From assembly GCF_036321535.1 (NCBI RefSeq), contig NC_087447.1, positions 41,666,001-41,730,000 of the forward strand: a stretch of DNA of 64,000 bases, in the 5' to 3' direction. The notes under the pieces were generated by a model. It searched no databases, was not told the DNA's origin, and saw nothing but the letters and a program-made list of their open reading frames with translations. The stretch is from Camelus dromedarius (lineage: Eukaryota). Positions 1 to 12,391 of this stretch are shown piece after piece. Made by a program: the position numbers and the translations under genes. Every line of letters begins with the position of its first letter. The stretch's first letter is position 1.

Positions 1-329
1 AGGATAAAATGTTATGGAACGTCCAAGTGGTAATGTCTGAAAGGTCATAAGAGTCTGGAGCATAAGCAAAAAAATTTAGACTGAGCTTCAAATGTGGGAA
101 CCATATGGCAATAACTAGAGCTCAGGAAGAATGTGTAGAGTGAGACAATAAGAGGAAAATGAAACATTAACAGTGAAATCACAACAAGGAATTCAATAGA
201 AATTGTGGGGTTTGGGGGAGAAGGAATCCAACTGAAGGTCTGGGGAAAAACAATTCCACAAAAAGAGAATTAGCCTTTGAGTACAGGTATTCAGGATTAA
301 GCGTTCAAATTAATTCAGCTAGTCATAAT

Positions 330-497
330 AGTTAATATTTATTGGATATTTACTAGGTACTAGACATATTTCTAATTATTTTACATTTATCATATCCCTT
401 AATCACCACAATAATATCCCTATTTTATAGATGAGAAAACTGAGACATAGAGATTTAGTAATATGCCCTATGTCACATAGGGGTAGAGTTGGGATTT
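330..497 (-). mobile_element. MIR SINE, split by L1 (resumes about 2281-2300)
   Basis: CCCTATTTTATAGATGAGAAAACTGAG core; continuation GAACCCAGG after the L1 block. Confidence 0.7.
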
Positions 498-1321
498 TTT
501 TTTATCATTATTGAGATATAATTGACATGTAACATGATGTCTGTTTCAGGTGTACAACATAATGATTTTATATTTGTATGTATTGTGAAATGATCTCCCC
601 AGTAAGTATAGTTAACATCCATCACCATATATAGCTACATTTTTTTTCTTGTGATGAGAACTTTTAAGCAACTTTTTTAGCAACTTTCAAATACATAATG
701 CAGTATTAATAATCATAGTCATCATGGTGTACATTATATCCACATGACATTTATTTTATAGCTGGAAGTTTGTATTTTTTAACCCCTTTCGCCCTCACCC
801 CTACCTTGCTTCTGGCAACTACCAATCTATCTTCTGTATCCATGAGTTGGTTTTGTTTTTGGGTTTTTTTGTTTGTTTTTGTTTTAGATTCCACAGATGA
901 TTGAGATTGGATGTGGTATTTGTCTTTCTCCTACTTATTTCACTTAGCATGATGCCTTCAAGGTCCATCCATATTGTTACAAATGGCAAGATTTCATTCT
1001 TTTTATGGGTGAATAATATTCTATTGTGCATATAAACTACATTTTTATCCATTCATCCATCAATGGACACTTAGGTTCCTTCCATATCTCAGTTATTGTA
1101 ATTAATGCACAATGAACATAGAGTGCATATATCCTTTCAAGTTAGTGTTTTCATTCCTTTGGATAAGTATACAGAAGTGGAATTGCTACATCATATGGTA
1201 ATTCTGTTTTTTATTTTTTGAGGAACCGCCATACTGTTTTCCATTGTGGCTACACCAATTTACATTCCTACTAACAGTGCATAAGTGTTCCTTTTTCTCT
1301 ACCTTCTCACCAACACTTCTT
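498..1321 (-). mobile_element. LINE-1 3' end (older L1MA-like; remnant at 2255-2267)
   Basis: T tail on the left; ORF track 819-1052 shows an L1 ORF2 C-terminal-like ILPFVTIWMDLEGIMLSEIS; TSD AGAGTTGG(G/C)ATTT at 485-497 and 2268-2280. Confidence 0.88.
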
Positions 1322-2242
1322 TTTTTTTAATTGAAGTATAGTCAGTTGCAATGTGTTGATTTCTGGTGCACAGCATAATGTTCCAGGAATGCAAATATAT
1401 ACATGTATTCATTTTCATATTCTTTTTCATTATGAGTTATTACAAGATATTGAATATAGTTTCCTGTGCTATACAGAAGAAATTGGGTATTTTTTAATCT
1501 ATTTTTGTATATAGTGGTTAACATTTGCAAATCTCAGACCCCCAAATTTATCCCTTCCCACCCTCTTCCCCTTATAATCATAAGGTTGTTTACTATATCT
1601 GCAAGTCTGTTTCTGTATTGTAGATGAGTTCATTACTGTCCTCTTTTTTCCTTGTCTTTTTTTAGATTCCACATATGATCATATGGTATTTTTCTTTCTC
1701 TCTCTTTCTGGCTCACTTCACTTAGAATGACGATCTCCAGATCCAACCATGTTGCTGTAAATGGCGTTATTTTATTCTTTTTTATCGCTGAATAGTATTC
1801 CACTTACAAATATACCACAATATCTTTATCCAGTCCTCCATTGATGGACATTTAGGTTGATTCTATGTCTTGACTACTGTATATAGTGCTGCTATGAACA
1901 TTGGGTGCATGTATCTTTTGGAATTAGAGCTCTCTCCAGATATATGCGCAGGAATGGGATTGCTAGATCCTATGGTAACTGTATTTTTAGTTTTTTGATG
2001 AATCTCCATCCTGTTTTCCATAACGGCTGCACCAAACTATATTCCCACCAGCAGTGTAGGAAGGTTCCCTTCCCTCCACACCCGTTCCAGCATTTACTGT
2101 TGATGGCCATTCTGACCAGTGTGAGGTGATACCTCATTGTAGTTTTGATTGGCATTTCTCTGATAATTAGCAATACTGAGCATTTTTCATGTGTCCTTTG
2201 GCCATTTGTATGTCTTCATTCGAGAATTGCTTGTTTAGGTTG
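1322..2242 (-). mobile_element. LINE-1 3' end (younger), nested in the previous L1
   Basis: ORF2 remnant [21 protein letters not shown]...[35 protein letters not shown](C/T)ACTTCTT at 1310-1321 and 2243-2254. Confidence 0.9.
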
Positions 2243-3235
2243 CCAATACTTCTTGTTTCTTGTCTACAGAGTTGGCATTTGAACCCAGGCCTTCTCATTC
2301 CAGAACTTGGGAGGCAATGCTTCCTCCCATGAAAAACAAATCAGCATATATTTTACATGTTTACATTGTGAAGACACAACATTAATACTTCGTGGCACAG
2401 GAGTGAGTCCTCACTCTGGAGCTAGAACTTCTCAACAGAGGAATATTTTTATTTACACTTTTAGATATTCTATCATTTATAGCAAAGCTGCTAAAAATGT
2501 TTAATCTCTCCTGGATCTCAAAGTGATTTGCAACTTAACTTAAACAAAAATATGAACCAAAAAAGATGATGTTCTTCAAAAGAACTGACCCTCACAACTG
2601 AAACTTGAGGCAGAACTCAGAGAAGAGGGTTTTACTACAAAAAAACATGAGGATTACCCTACGTCGAGGCCCAGCAACATTGTTGGCAACACCTTCTGTG
2701 ACTCATAATTAATCACTCAAAAAGCCATATGCAATTTTTAAACATCTGAAGTAGAAGATTAGACTGTATTAGTGAAATATTATTTTCTTCTATTTCAGAA
2801 TGCAAAAGTGAGAAGTAGTTTGGATGCAAAAACAATGACATTGCCCAGGTGTTATGGTTTATGGAGATGGAAAGTTACTTGAAGTCAGCGTTGTCCTGAT
2901 TTTTCCAGGCTATCTGGCAACTTCTCACTTCCCACTTGAACAGCTTCTAGAAGGACTTTTATAATAGAAAACTAATATACATTGGTGTATGCAGACAGGG
3001 AATTTTGAGAGAAGTAGCACAGCACTGTGAGGATTGTGTTTCTCCCAAGGGTAGTAGTAGAAATGGGGCTGATTGGAGATAGGGGGATTTATATGCCTCT
3101 ACTGTTTAAATGGAGTTTCAACACATGTATTGTAACAATGGCGTCAACCTGGGAGTAACAACAAAGACAAAATGAAAACAAAAAACTGGTTAAAACAAAA
3201 ACAAAAAAATAGTGCTTTGAAAACCACTGTTCTCA

Positions 3236-3361
3236 GGGGAGAGGGTATAGCTTAGTGCTTAGCTTGCGTCCTGGGTTCAATTCCTGGTACCTCCATTAAA
3301 ATAAATAAATAAATCTAATTACTTCCTTTCCACCCCCTAAAAAAAAAATTTTTTTAAAACT
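3236..3361 (+). mobile_element. tRNA-derived SINE (camelid vic-1-like), internally deleted
   Basis: GGGGAGAGGGTATAGC...CCTGGGTTCAATTCC B box, (AAAT)n tail; TSD CCACT(G/A)TTCTCA at 3224-3235 and 3362-3373. Confidence 0.8.
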
Positions 3362-3535
3362 CCACTATTCTCAAACTTGGCTACTCATTGGAATCCCCTG
3401 GGGAGTTTAAAAAATTACGGAAGCTTAGGTCCCATCACCAGAAATTCCCATACAAATGGTGATATACAGGGTCATTAAAGCATTGTTAAGCCCCCACAGG
3501 TGGTTCTAATGGACAGCTAAGTTTGAGAACCTACT
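3362..3535. mobile_element. MER5-like hAT-Charlie MITE
   Basis: Termini TTCTCAAACTT...AAGTTTGAGAACC; internal GGAATCCCCTGGGGAG. Confidence 0.65.
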
Positions 3536-4914
3536 TACTGATGTAAACACTTTTTTCCCCACCACATAACACAAAATCCAGAGGTGGGTGGACTAGGACT
3601 AGCACATTTGCTAAAGGAAAAAATCAGTGACCCTTCTCGATTTACACTTCTTAATCTCTTGGTAACAAGAAGGCTGTGCTCCCCAGGCCATGCTAGAAGT
3701 CGGAAAGGTGAAAAGGTTCTCACAAATCTTTGCCTTTCTGTTCGGAAATGGAAGCCTACCACAGGGACTTCTGGGAAGTCTTCATGAACCCAGACTGTAC
3801 TGCATGACCACTTCAGGGTGTCCTGAGGTCTTGGAATTTATGTATGTTTCTTTCCAGCCTTTGTAGTAGAAGATGACAAGGGAGAAAGTGGTTCCAATGG
3901 TTACTGAGTGAGCCAACTATAGCATCTGCAAGGCATGGAGGTGCCACTTTTGTAATTTTTAAAAAATATAAATAAAGTGGTATAAAGACAGTAAGGAAAT
4001 GACATACCTGGGAGCAATTTCATCATAACCTGGCCTGGCTACCACTCTATTTTCCACTTATATAACTCAGTCCAAACCCCAAACCTCTCTGCTACTTTTC
4101 CTGAGGCTATATTAATTAGTTAGTATAGCAGCCTTTTCAAGTCCCGCAGTTTCATTCCAGTAGAAAAGAAGCCGTCATTGCCCTAAGCCTGGTGAGTGGA
4201 ATGACCACAAAGTCCTCCCAAAAGTCCTGGCCTCCTTTTGCCTGATGGTCTCCAAAATAAATTTAATTTCTCTGCTGACCTGAAGTTCACATTAAACTGT
4301 TTGCTGCCAAGGGTTTGAATTACTGCAAATATGTCCCTTGGGTTTATCCCAGTTGAATTAATAACCAGAGCCCCCACCACAATCTCTCGCTTGGCATTTG
4401 CTCTTACTCCAACCTCCCTCCTGAGCTTGAGACTCATGATCTCCAACTGCCTGCTGGACAAGAACATCACGATGTCCCACGAGCAAGTCAAACGTGGTAT
4501 GTCATGGTGATCTCATGCTGTTCCCCCACCAGCAACATCCTGCCTGCCTCATCTCAGCAGATGGGCCAGTCTAGGGATCCAGTCGTTCAGACTACAAAGT
4601 CTCAGACCTGCACTCAGGTCCTCTCTTTTCTGTCTGCTGTGTATCCAATCAGCTAAGTCCTGTCAGTGCCACCTACGTGCTGTCTGACCTGTCCCTTCTC
4701 CTCTAATTCAGGCCCAGCTCATCTGCTACCAGGACTATATAGCAAATATCACTCAAATTTCTTGAGGGTAACAAACCTTGCACCTTCAAGAAATGGAGAC
4801 AAAAGCCACTGGGGAGGGGACAAAGAGCAAGGAGGAATGTGTCAGTAGGTGAGGTCAGAAAAGCTGGCTGGGTCCAGATCCCGCAGGGCAGTGTAAGCCA
4901 TATTGAAGAGTATG

Positions 4915-5690
4915 GTTTTTTTCTTCCAGTTTTATTGAGATGTAATTGGCATACAGCACTGTTGAAGTTTAAGGTGTGCAGCATAATGATTTGACTTATA
5001 TATACCATGAAATGATGGCCACAGTAAGTTGAATGAACATCCATCATCTCATACAGACATAAAAGAAAAGAAAAAAAATGTTTTTACTTGTGGTGAGAAC
5101 TCTCAGGATTTACTCTCTTAACAACTTTCAGAAATAACATACAGCAGTGTGAATTATATTTATCATGTTGTGCATTACCTCCCTAGTACTTTATCTTATA
5201 ACTGGAAGTTTGTACCTTTTGACCAGCTTCATCCAAATCCTCCTCCCCCCACCTCCCCACTCCTTGCCTCTGGTAACCACAAATCTGATCTCTTGTTCTA
5301 CGAGTTTTGTTTTTGAAGTATAATTAACCTACAGTGCTATGTTAGTTCCTGGTGCGCAACATAGTGTTTCAGTATTTCTGTACATTACAAAATGTTCATC
5401 ACAGGAAGTCTAGTTACCAGCTGTCATCATATAAAGATATGAGAGTATTATTATTGACTATATTCCCCACACTGTACATTTTATCCCCATGACTCATTTA
5501 TAACTGGAAGTTTGTACCTCTTAAATTCCCTCATTTATTTCTTTCCTCCCTCCACTCCCCTCCCCTCTGGCAACCACCTGTTTGTTCCCTGTATCTATGA
5601 CTCTGTTTCTGTTTTGTTATGTTTGTTCACTTGTTCTGTTTTTCAGATTCCACATATAGATGAAATCATACAGTATTTGTCTTTCCCTAG
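4915..5690 (-). mobile_element. LINE-1 3' UTR fragment inserted in an L2
   Basis: TTTATTGAGATGTAATTG...AGATTCCACATATAGATGAAATCATACAGTATTTGTC; L2-like sequence on both sides. Confidence 0.8.
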
Positions 5691-5839
5691 TTTTTTTTTA
5701 ACTCAATAATTGGGATGGTAAGCCATTGCAGGGCTTGCTAATGAAAGAGTACCGACTTAATACATTCCATCTCATTCATCCTTCACACCGGCCCCAAATC
5801 ACTTTTGTGAAACATAGGTTAGATTATACTGAAAAATCC

Positions 5840-6405
5840 ATAGTATCCAGAATCCCAGTGTAATCATGAGAAAAACATCAGACAAATTCCAATTAAAAAG
5901 CATCCTACAGTGGAGAAGGTATACCCACATGGTAGAGTGCATGCCTAGCATGCACGAGGTCCTGGGTTCAATCCCCAGTACCTCCATTAATAAACAAACA
6001 AACAAACAAACAAACCTAGTTACCCCCACCCCGAGACAAACAAGCAAAAAGCATCCTACAGTATTCCTGACCAATACTCCTCAAATTGTCAAGGTTATCA
6101 AAAAGGAGAAAGTCTGAGAAACTGTCACAGACAAGAAGAGCCTGAGGAGAAGTGACAATTAAATGTAATGTGGTGTCCTGGATGGGACTCTGGAACAGAA
6201 ATAAGGATATTAAGTAAAAACTAAGGAAATCCAAATAAACTATGAACTTCAGTTAATAATAATGTGTCAATATAAGACTCATTTTTTGTAACAAATGTAC
6301 TATGATAATGTAAGACGTTAGTAATAGAAGAAACTGTGGGGCTATGTGGGAACTCTCTGTACTATCGGCTCAATTTCCCCAAACATCTGAAATGTTCTAA
6401 AAACC
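5840..6405 (+). mobile_element. Old L1MC-type 3' UTR (hosts SINE 5912-6045)
   Basis: GAAAGTCTGAGAAACTGTCACAG...AAATGTAATGTGGTGTCCTGGATGGG...GGGAACTCTCTGTACTATC. Confidence 0.7.
5912..6045 (+). mobile_element. tRNA-derived SINE (vic-1-like)
   Basis: GGTAGAGTGCATGCCTAGCATGCACGAGGTCCTGGGTTCAATCCCCAGTACCTCCA; perfect 17-bp TSD AAAAAGCATCCTACAGT at 5895-5911 and 6046-6062. Confidence 0.9.
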
Positions 6406-7328
6406 AGTGTGTCGATTTAGAAGGAAAAAACTCAGCAGTAATTGGCTACTTCCTAAAGGACAAAGGCTAAGCTTGGAAGCACAACATGTACTTAGGGCAT
6501 TTTGCTACAAAAAGCGAAATTTTTGTACTCCCCGCACTCCCAAATTATACCACAGCCACACTGAACATTTAACTTTTCCTCGGACATTCCAGGCCATTTT
6601 GTGTCACTAAGCCTTGGCACATGCTGTTCCCTCTACCTGGAATACCACACCCTGCCCTTCTCAGCTTCGCTAACTCACCCAATATTCAACTCAAATGCTT
6701 CCCCCAACTCTCCCAATTCACTTCTCCTGTGATATCCCATAGTTCTTGAAACACTCACACGTTCTCTGCCACTACAAACTCTGGAAGACCAAGCCACCCA
6801 GATCAACTACCCGTCCTTCACTCCTAAGGAATGAGCAGCTCACCAGACCCTCTCCATCTTTTGCATATTCAAAAGCAAAAGTCAGACAAATGTCCAGCAT
6901 GCATCCTCCCATGCCTAAACTGCAGGGGATCCATATCAAACTCTCAAGAGTGGTTCTATAAAATACCTCCTCTCACCTGAGGTGATGGGAGGAGCACTCA
7001 GCCCTACTGCTTGGGATCAGTGAGAAAAAAACCACACAACTTTTCCAAAGAAATCCTCTTTACAAATCCTCTTTTTTCCGTGCATTTCACATCTTTGATG
7101 TAAGTGAGCAGATCAGTGAATTCTGTTATCAGTTCCAAGTATCTACTTTGAATGTCTTGGCACTTGCTCTGCTCTGATGTCTAGCATACGGCGCTGTGAC
7201 GCTATAAGCTTTAGCATCCCTTCCCACACCCTTCTTTGTACCTTCCGGTGCCTCAGAGGCTGGAAAGTTAAAAACTACAACTCCCGAGTGGCCAGGATAC
7301 TAAATTCAATTAAGAACCCTCACATGAG

Positions 7329-7984
7329 CGCATCCATAGAGCAGCTCTTAACATTGGTGCTTGCTTCCCGGTTTCAGGGATAAGGGAGAGAGAGAGAGAG
7401 AGGAAGCAGAGGGAGGGAACAGAAACAAAGGGAAAGAGAAAGGGTGGGAAAAAGAAAGATTGTCACAAGGAAGTAATGACCTCTTTGTGTTTAAAAATGA
7501 GGCGTGACATGAGACATTACATTTGGCTGTAATCTGTTGCTCAGAAGCCAGTTACAGACCATTTAACACTTACAGTAGGATGTGTATACCAACAGTGGGG
7601 GTGACTGGGAGTCATTTTGGAGTGAATATTCACTGATGTATTCACTGAAATTCAAGCAGACCAAGGAACTAAGGTAAAACTTAGAATTAACAGGAATTAT
7701 TGAGATTAAAGATTCCAACATACTTGCTGGGTATCATAATCAAGGACTCATCAGGCTGAACATATATCTACATTAAAGGTGAATACAAATGTGCAAGGGC
7801 AACAGTAAGACATAGTAGTGCGAAAGGAACAGCACTGCCTCAGTATTCACATAAGAGTTCACACTACATGCCATTTACGTAAGACAGTTTCTCTCAAATA
7901 ATTCATTTTGGAGCTATACCTTTTTGGTTTTTCAATTCTACTAGAGTATGTGTGTTAGCAAAGAAATTAAAAAAAAAAAAAAAG
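7329..7984 (+). mobile_element. Retroposed non-repeat sequence with poly(A) tail and TSD
   Basis: TSD AAGAACCCTCA(C/G)ATGAG at 7312-7328 and 7985-8001; A15 at 7969-7983; TT|AAGA target site. Confidence 0.75.
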
Positions 7985-8292
7985 AAGAACCCTCAGATGA
8001 GATTTGGGAGGCATAAATGGGAAGGAGGGCATCACCCCACAGCCGTTTTCTCCTGGCAGTCAAAGTCGTGGACACCTGAGAGTAAAAAGCCAGATGGAAA
8101 GCTGACCTCAGCTTTCTAGTGACAGCCCAACACCTTCCTGGGTGTTCAGAGACAGCTGTGGTGGCCACGGCTGTCGACAGAAGAGGCAGCCTCTTCCTGA
8201 TCCCCAGATCACAGCCACAGCGGTACATCCTTGGACACATTAGTTCTGGTGGCAGCCCCTAACCCCAGCTACCCCAGCTCTTCCAATGATTT

Positions 8293-8423
8293 GGGGGTTG
8301 GGGGGTGGTAATTAGGTTTGTTTATTTATTTATTTATTTATTTAATGGAGGTACTGGGGATTGAACCCAGGTCCTCATGCATGCTAGGCATGCAGTCTAC
8401 CAATGAGCTACACCCTCTACCCT
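8293..8423 (-). mobile_element. tRNA-derived SINE (vic-1-like)
   Basis: Same body in reverse with a (TTTA)n tail; TSD CAATGATTT at 8284-8292 and 8424-8432. Confidence 0.88.
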
Positions 8424-8490
8424 CAATGATTTTGAAAGCACCAACAGTAAATCCTCCTGTGCTTAAAATATCTAGGGCAGTTTCTACATC

Positions 8491-8896
8491 TGTCTGAGTC
8501 TGCTTGGGCTGCCATAACAAAATACCACAGACTGAGTGGATTAAACAACAGAAATTTATTTTCTCCCAGTTCTGGAGGCTAGAAGCCCAAGATTAAGGTG
8601 CTGGAGGGTTGCTTTCTCTTGAGGCCCCTCTCCCTGGCGTACAGATGACCGTTTCCTTGCTACCTCTTCACACAGTTGCCCCTCGGTATGTACGCGCCCC
8701 TGGTATCTCACTGTGTGTCCTAATCTCCTCTTCTTATTAGGACACCAGTCAAATTTGATGGGGACCCAACCTAATGGTCTCATTTTATTTTAATGACCTC
8801 TTTAAGATACTCTTTCCAAATACAGTCATGTTCTGAGGCACTGGGGTTTAGATCTTCAATTATGAATTTTCAGGAGACACAATTCAGTCTATCACA
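8491..8896 (-). mobile_element. MaLR MLT1-type solo LTR
   Basis: TGTCTGAGTC...GGGCTGCCATAACAAAATACCACAGACTG...AATTCAGTCTATCACA. Confidence 0.85.
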
Positions 8897-9142
8897 GTAT
8901 CCTTCCCTGAAACCTGACTGGTACGTATACCTTGATGTGTCTGTCCATACTTCCAATTTAACATCCTTCAACGAATGAATAAATGAATGAATGAATGACT
9001 AAACATAGCAGAGCTTCATAGCAAAAGCCCCTTCTCTAGTCAATTTCTTCTCATCCCAAAGCTGCTGAGTATCCCTTCCAACCTCTTCTCTCTATTTTTC
9101 ATCCTGCAGTTCTTACAGAAAGCAAAAGAGACCAGCCAGTGG

Positions 9143-9714
9143 TGTATTAGTTACCTATTGCTGCTTAACAGTACTACCACAAATTTAGCTGCTTAATATG
9201 ACACATTTATTATCTCATAGTTTCTGTGGTTCAACAGTCCAGGCACAGCTTAACTGGACCCTCTGCTTAGAGTCTCAAAAGTCTGCAATTAAGTGTCAGC
9301 CAGGGCTTTTTTCTCCTCTAAGGCTGGCCCAGGGAAAAGTCTGCTCCAGGCTCACTCAGAACTCATTTGGCAGAATTCAGTTCCCTGTGGTTATAGGATT
9401 CCGGGCTTCAGATTCACGGTGTCTGTCAGCCAGTGCTCACCCTCAGCTCTTAGTGGCTGCTCACAGGCCCTTGGCATATGGGGTTCCCAGCATGGCTATT
9501 TGCCTCCTTAAAGCCAAAAGAGCAGTTCAGGAAAATGGTAGATCATATATGTGACATAATCTATAATCAGGTACATTCCATCACCTTTAGTGTATTCTAT
9601 TAGTTAGAAAGAAGTCACAGGTCACACCCACACTCAAGAAGAAGGAAATAATACAAAGGTGTGAATGCCAGAGTTGGAGTTCAGGGAGGTCACCTTGGGA
9701 GTCTGCCTGCCACG
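9143..9714 (-). mobile_element. MaLR MLT1-type solo LTR (older subfamily)
   Basis: TGTATTAGTTACCTATTGCTGC...GGCAGAATTCAGTTCC...AGAAGTCACAGGTCACACCCACACTCAAG. Confidence 0.8.
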
Positions 9715-10456
9715 ATTGGCTTCTGTTTTCCTGACTTCTTCCTCTTCTGCTGTAGTCTCTGTGATCAGGACCCTGTGTCAATTTGATACCCAACAGATAC
9801 AGGGAAGGGGCATGGGACCCTCAGCCAGAGCAAGTACCTCTTTTAGCACAGCTGCCTGTGCAGGATCTGTCTAAAGACAGAGAGCCCATCAGTTTTAGCT
9901 GTCTTGGGTCTGAGAGCAGCAAAAAAAAACTCCGGCTGAGCACGTGGCACAATCCTCTGCAGCAGCCCTTAACGCGCGAGGCCTTGTTCCATCACTCTGT
10001 GCTTGTTTTATGACCCCTATCAGATTCCAAGCCTCTGACTGGCCAGGACTTTGCCCATTTTTTCTTTTTAGTTCCTCATCACTCTGACCCAAGGTGTGGC
10101 ACTATGGTAGATGCTGACTATACTTTAGAAAAAACGAATTAACTCCATAGTTTAAAGACAAATGACTGTGATGTCAGAACCTAAAGAACTTAAACAGATA
10201 ATTTGTTAAACACTTAGAAAAGAATGAGACCCATATGATCAAGTTCTACTCCATTAAAGAAAGGTGGCTAAAGTAGGTTAAGTGAAAAAAAATGTTTCGT
10301 TTGATTCTGTTTTTTAAAAGTAAAAAATTATAATCATAGATACTGATAATGATAATAAACTGCATAATGGTTATTGTCAGAAATAGTCTACATTTTATTT
10401 TTCTGTAATGTGTAACGATTTACATTTTGATTTAAAACAATGAAAAGGAATATAGA

Positions 10457-10550
10457 GGGGAGGGTATAGCTCCTGGGTAGAGCACATGCTTAGCATGCAC
10501 GAGCTTCTGGGTTCAATCCCCAGTACTTCCATTAAAAAAAGAAAAAAAAA
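10457..10550 (+). mobile_element. tRNA-derived SINE (vic-1-like, short-tail form)
   Basis: GGGGAGGGTATAGCTC...GGGTTCAATCCCCAGTACTTCCA plus A tail; imperfect TSD GAAAAGGA.TA. Confidence 0.85.
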
Positions 10551-10679
10551 GAAAAGGAGTAGAAAGAGCACTAGGAAACCAATTGTCCCATCAATTAATC
10601 ATGCTTCATTTCCTTTTTTCTTAAATATATGGTTACTAAGCTGATGATTCAGGGAATTCAATTTAATTCAACAGACCAT

Positions 10680-11325
10680 GTGCGAGGTATTGGGTAAAAT
10701 GCCAGACTGCTAGGGGTCCAAGATGCCAGAGGCAGTGAGGCATTAGACAAAGCATCTCATGATCCAGTGGTGGATAAGGCGGGGAAGGAGGGTGGTATAA
10801 AAGTACTGTGACATGGTTTTGCAGCTGACCACATAGCCACATCCACAGAGGGTTAATAAGTAACTGACATCCGCCAGCAAGTTTTCCAGCAGAGTCACGG
10901 GCATCCTTCTTATTTCCTGCCTTAGTCAGCAGTTTTATACATGACTTGAATGAAGAAGGTGAGCACAAAATTTAGAGTAATAGCAAAGAGGTGAAAGAAG
11001 CAAGAGGCAAAAAAAAAAAACCTGACCAGCATGAAATGCAGTAAGGATCGTTATTCAGCTGGGTATTTAGTTTTAAAAAGAGATCGACATACAAATTCAT
11101 GGGGATTCCTAGCTTGGCAGCAGTTCAGGTCAAAAACAACTGGGTTTTTTATTGACCACAGATTCATTATGAGGCATTAATGGAATGTGGCTGATAAAAA
11201 CAAAGGCTCAGGCAATGCTTGACCACAGTCATAAATCCAGTGTCCAGATAAGAGGCTGGCAGTTCAACCCTGTTCTAGTCGGCTCACACTGGAGTTCTAT
11301 TTTCACTTCTAGGCATCCACTCCAC
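10680..11325 (+). mobile_element. L3/CR1 LINE ORF2 relic
   Basis: Degenerate CR1 RT-region motifs (TTTTATACATGACTTGAATGAAG; ATGTGGCTG; CACACTGGAGTTCTATTTTCACTTCTAGGC). Confidence 0.5.
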
Positions 11326-12391
11326 CATTGGAACGTGGCACCCTTAGCCCATTTTTGTGAAGAAATGTTTTCTTATGCTCCTTCTCCCTCCTGTGCTCTA
11401 GCTATCCCAAAAGCAGTGTGCTAAACTGGGGCAGACGAGCTCTACCCGGCTTATGTAGCAAGACTGCAGAGCTGTAATGTCACGTGAACAAAGCTCCTCA
11501 CAGAGCTCTCAGCTGGGCCAGCTTTGTGTCAACTGATTCTTTTATTGCAGTCTCCTCCCCCCCAGGGACTCTGGCCTAAATCTGGGGGTGATGAAATGAC
11601 CAGAAATCTGACTTACAGCCACTAAGTGTCTTCCACATGACTCCTCCCTCCTACCACAGTCACAACACAACCCTTTGTCCTTGAACTGGGCCGTCTTGCT
11701 TACGTTCTTATCCTTCAAGCAAAGACTCTAAGACACCGGGCTTGCCAACTTCCTGTAAGAGTCTAAATCCACCTTTTAGTCTGCAAATTGAGATCCCTGC
11801 TACACTGAAATGCCAGTAAGTCATCAGAGAGAGACAGGGGAAGTTCTCCTGGCCCCCTCTGGTACCCTCCTCACCAGAATCCCTCCCAACTCTGACTTCC
11901 CTTGATTCCCCAGGCCTGGTGAGAATTGAGAGTAAGGAAAAGTATCAGGAAGCAAGGAGGGAAATGAGGAAAGAAAGAAGGGACAATAACCCTGATCCCA
12001 AAGATAGGTCCTTTTGTTAATGCCCCAGCAAATCTTGGTTCTCTCCCTTCTTCCCTCTTTGTCCCTTGACCCTCTGCAATGCATATACCTGCCCAGGGTC
12101 TAGGGGAAGCCCAGATTTATAAGACCCACTCTCTCCAAAGAGGCGGATCCTAAAACAAGCACAAGTGCAGCAGGGCCACCTCCTAAGCCTCTAAACAAGC
12201 TAGGGTCTGGACAGGATGTGCTGAGCCAGACCCACTTCTTTCCTGTCCCCAACAAATGCTTGAGAAACTGTGGTCTGTCTCACTAATGCCCTTGGGCTGG
12301 AAGGGTGGAGGTCGTATTTATAAGTCCAGCTCTGGGCTAAATACAGTGAATACTTTATCTCATTTAATACTCATGATAAATCCTGTGCTGC

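Larger units (their letters stand above)
7178..8925 (+). mobile_element. ERVL LTR33-like solo LTR split by three insertions (7329-7984, 8293-8423, 8491-8896)
   Basis: 5' part GAGGCTGGAAAGTTAAAAACTACAACTCCC; 3' part CTGTGCTTAAAATATCTAGGGCAGTTTCT...CCTGACTGGTAC. Family name from recall. Confidence 0.55.

Noticed and set aside
5912..5985. tRNA-like sequences with A and B boxes
   Set aside because: They have A-rich tails and TSDs and lack a CCA-ready acceptor stem, so they are SINE heads, not tRNA genes.
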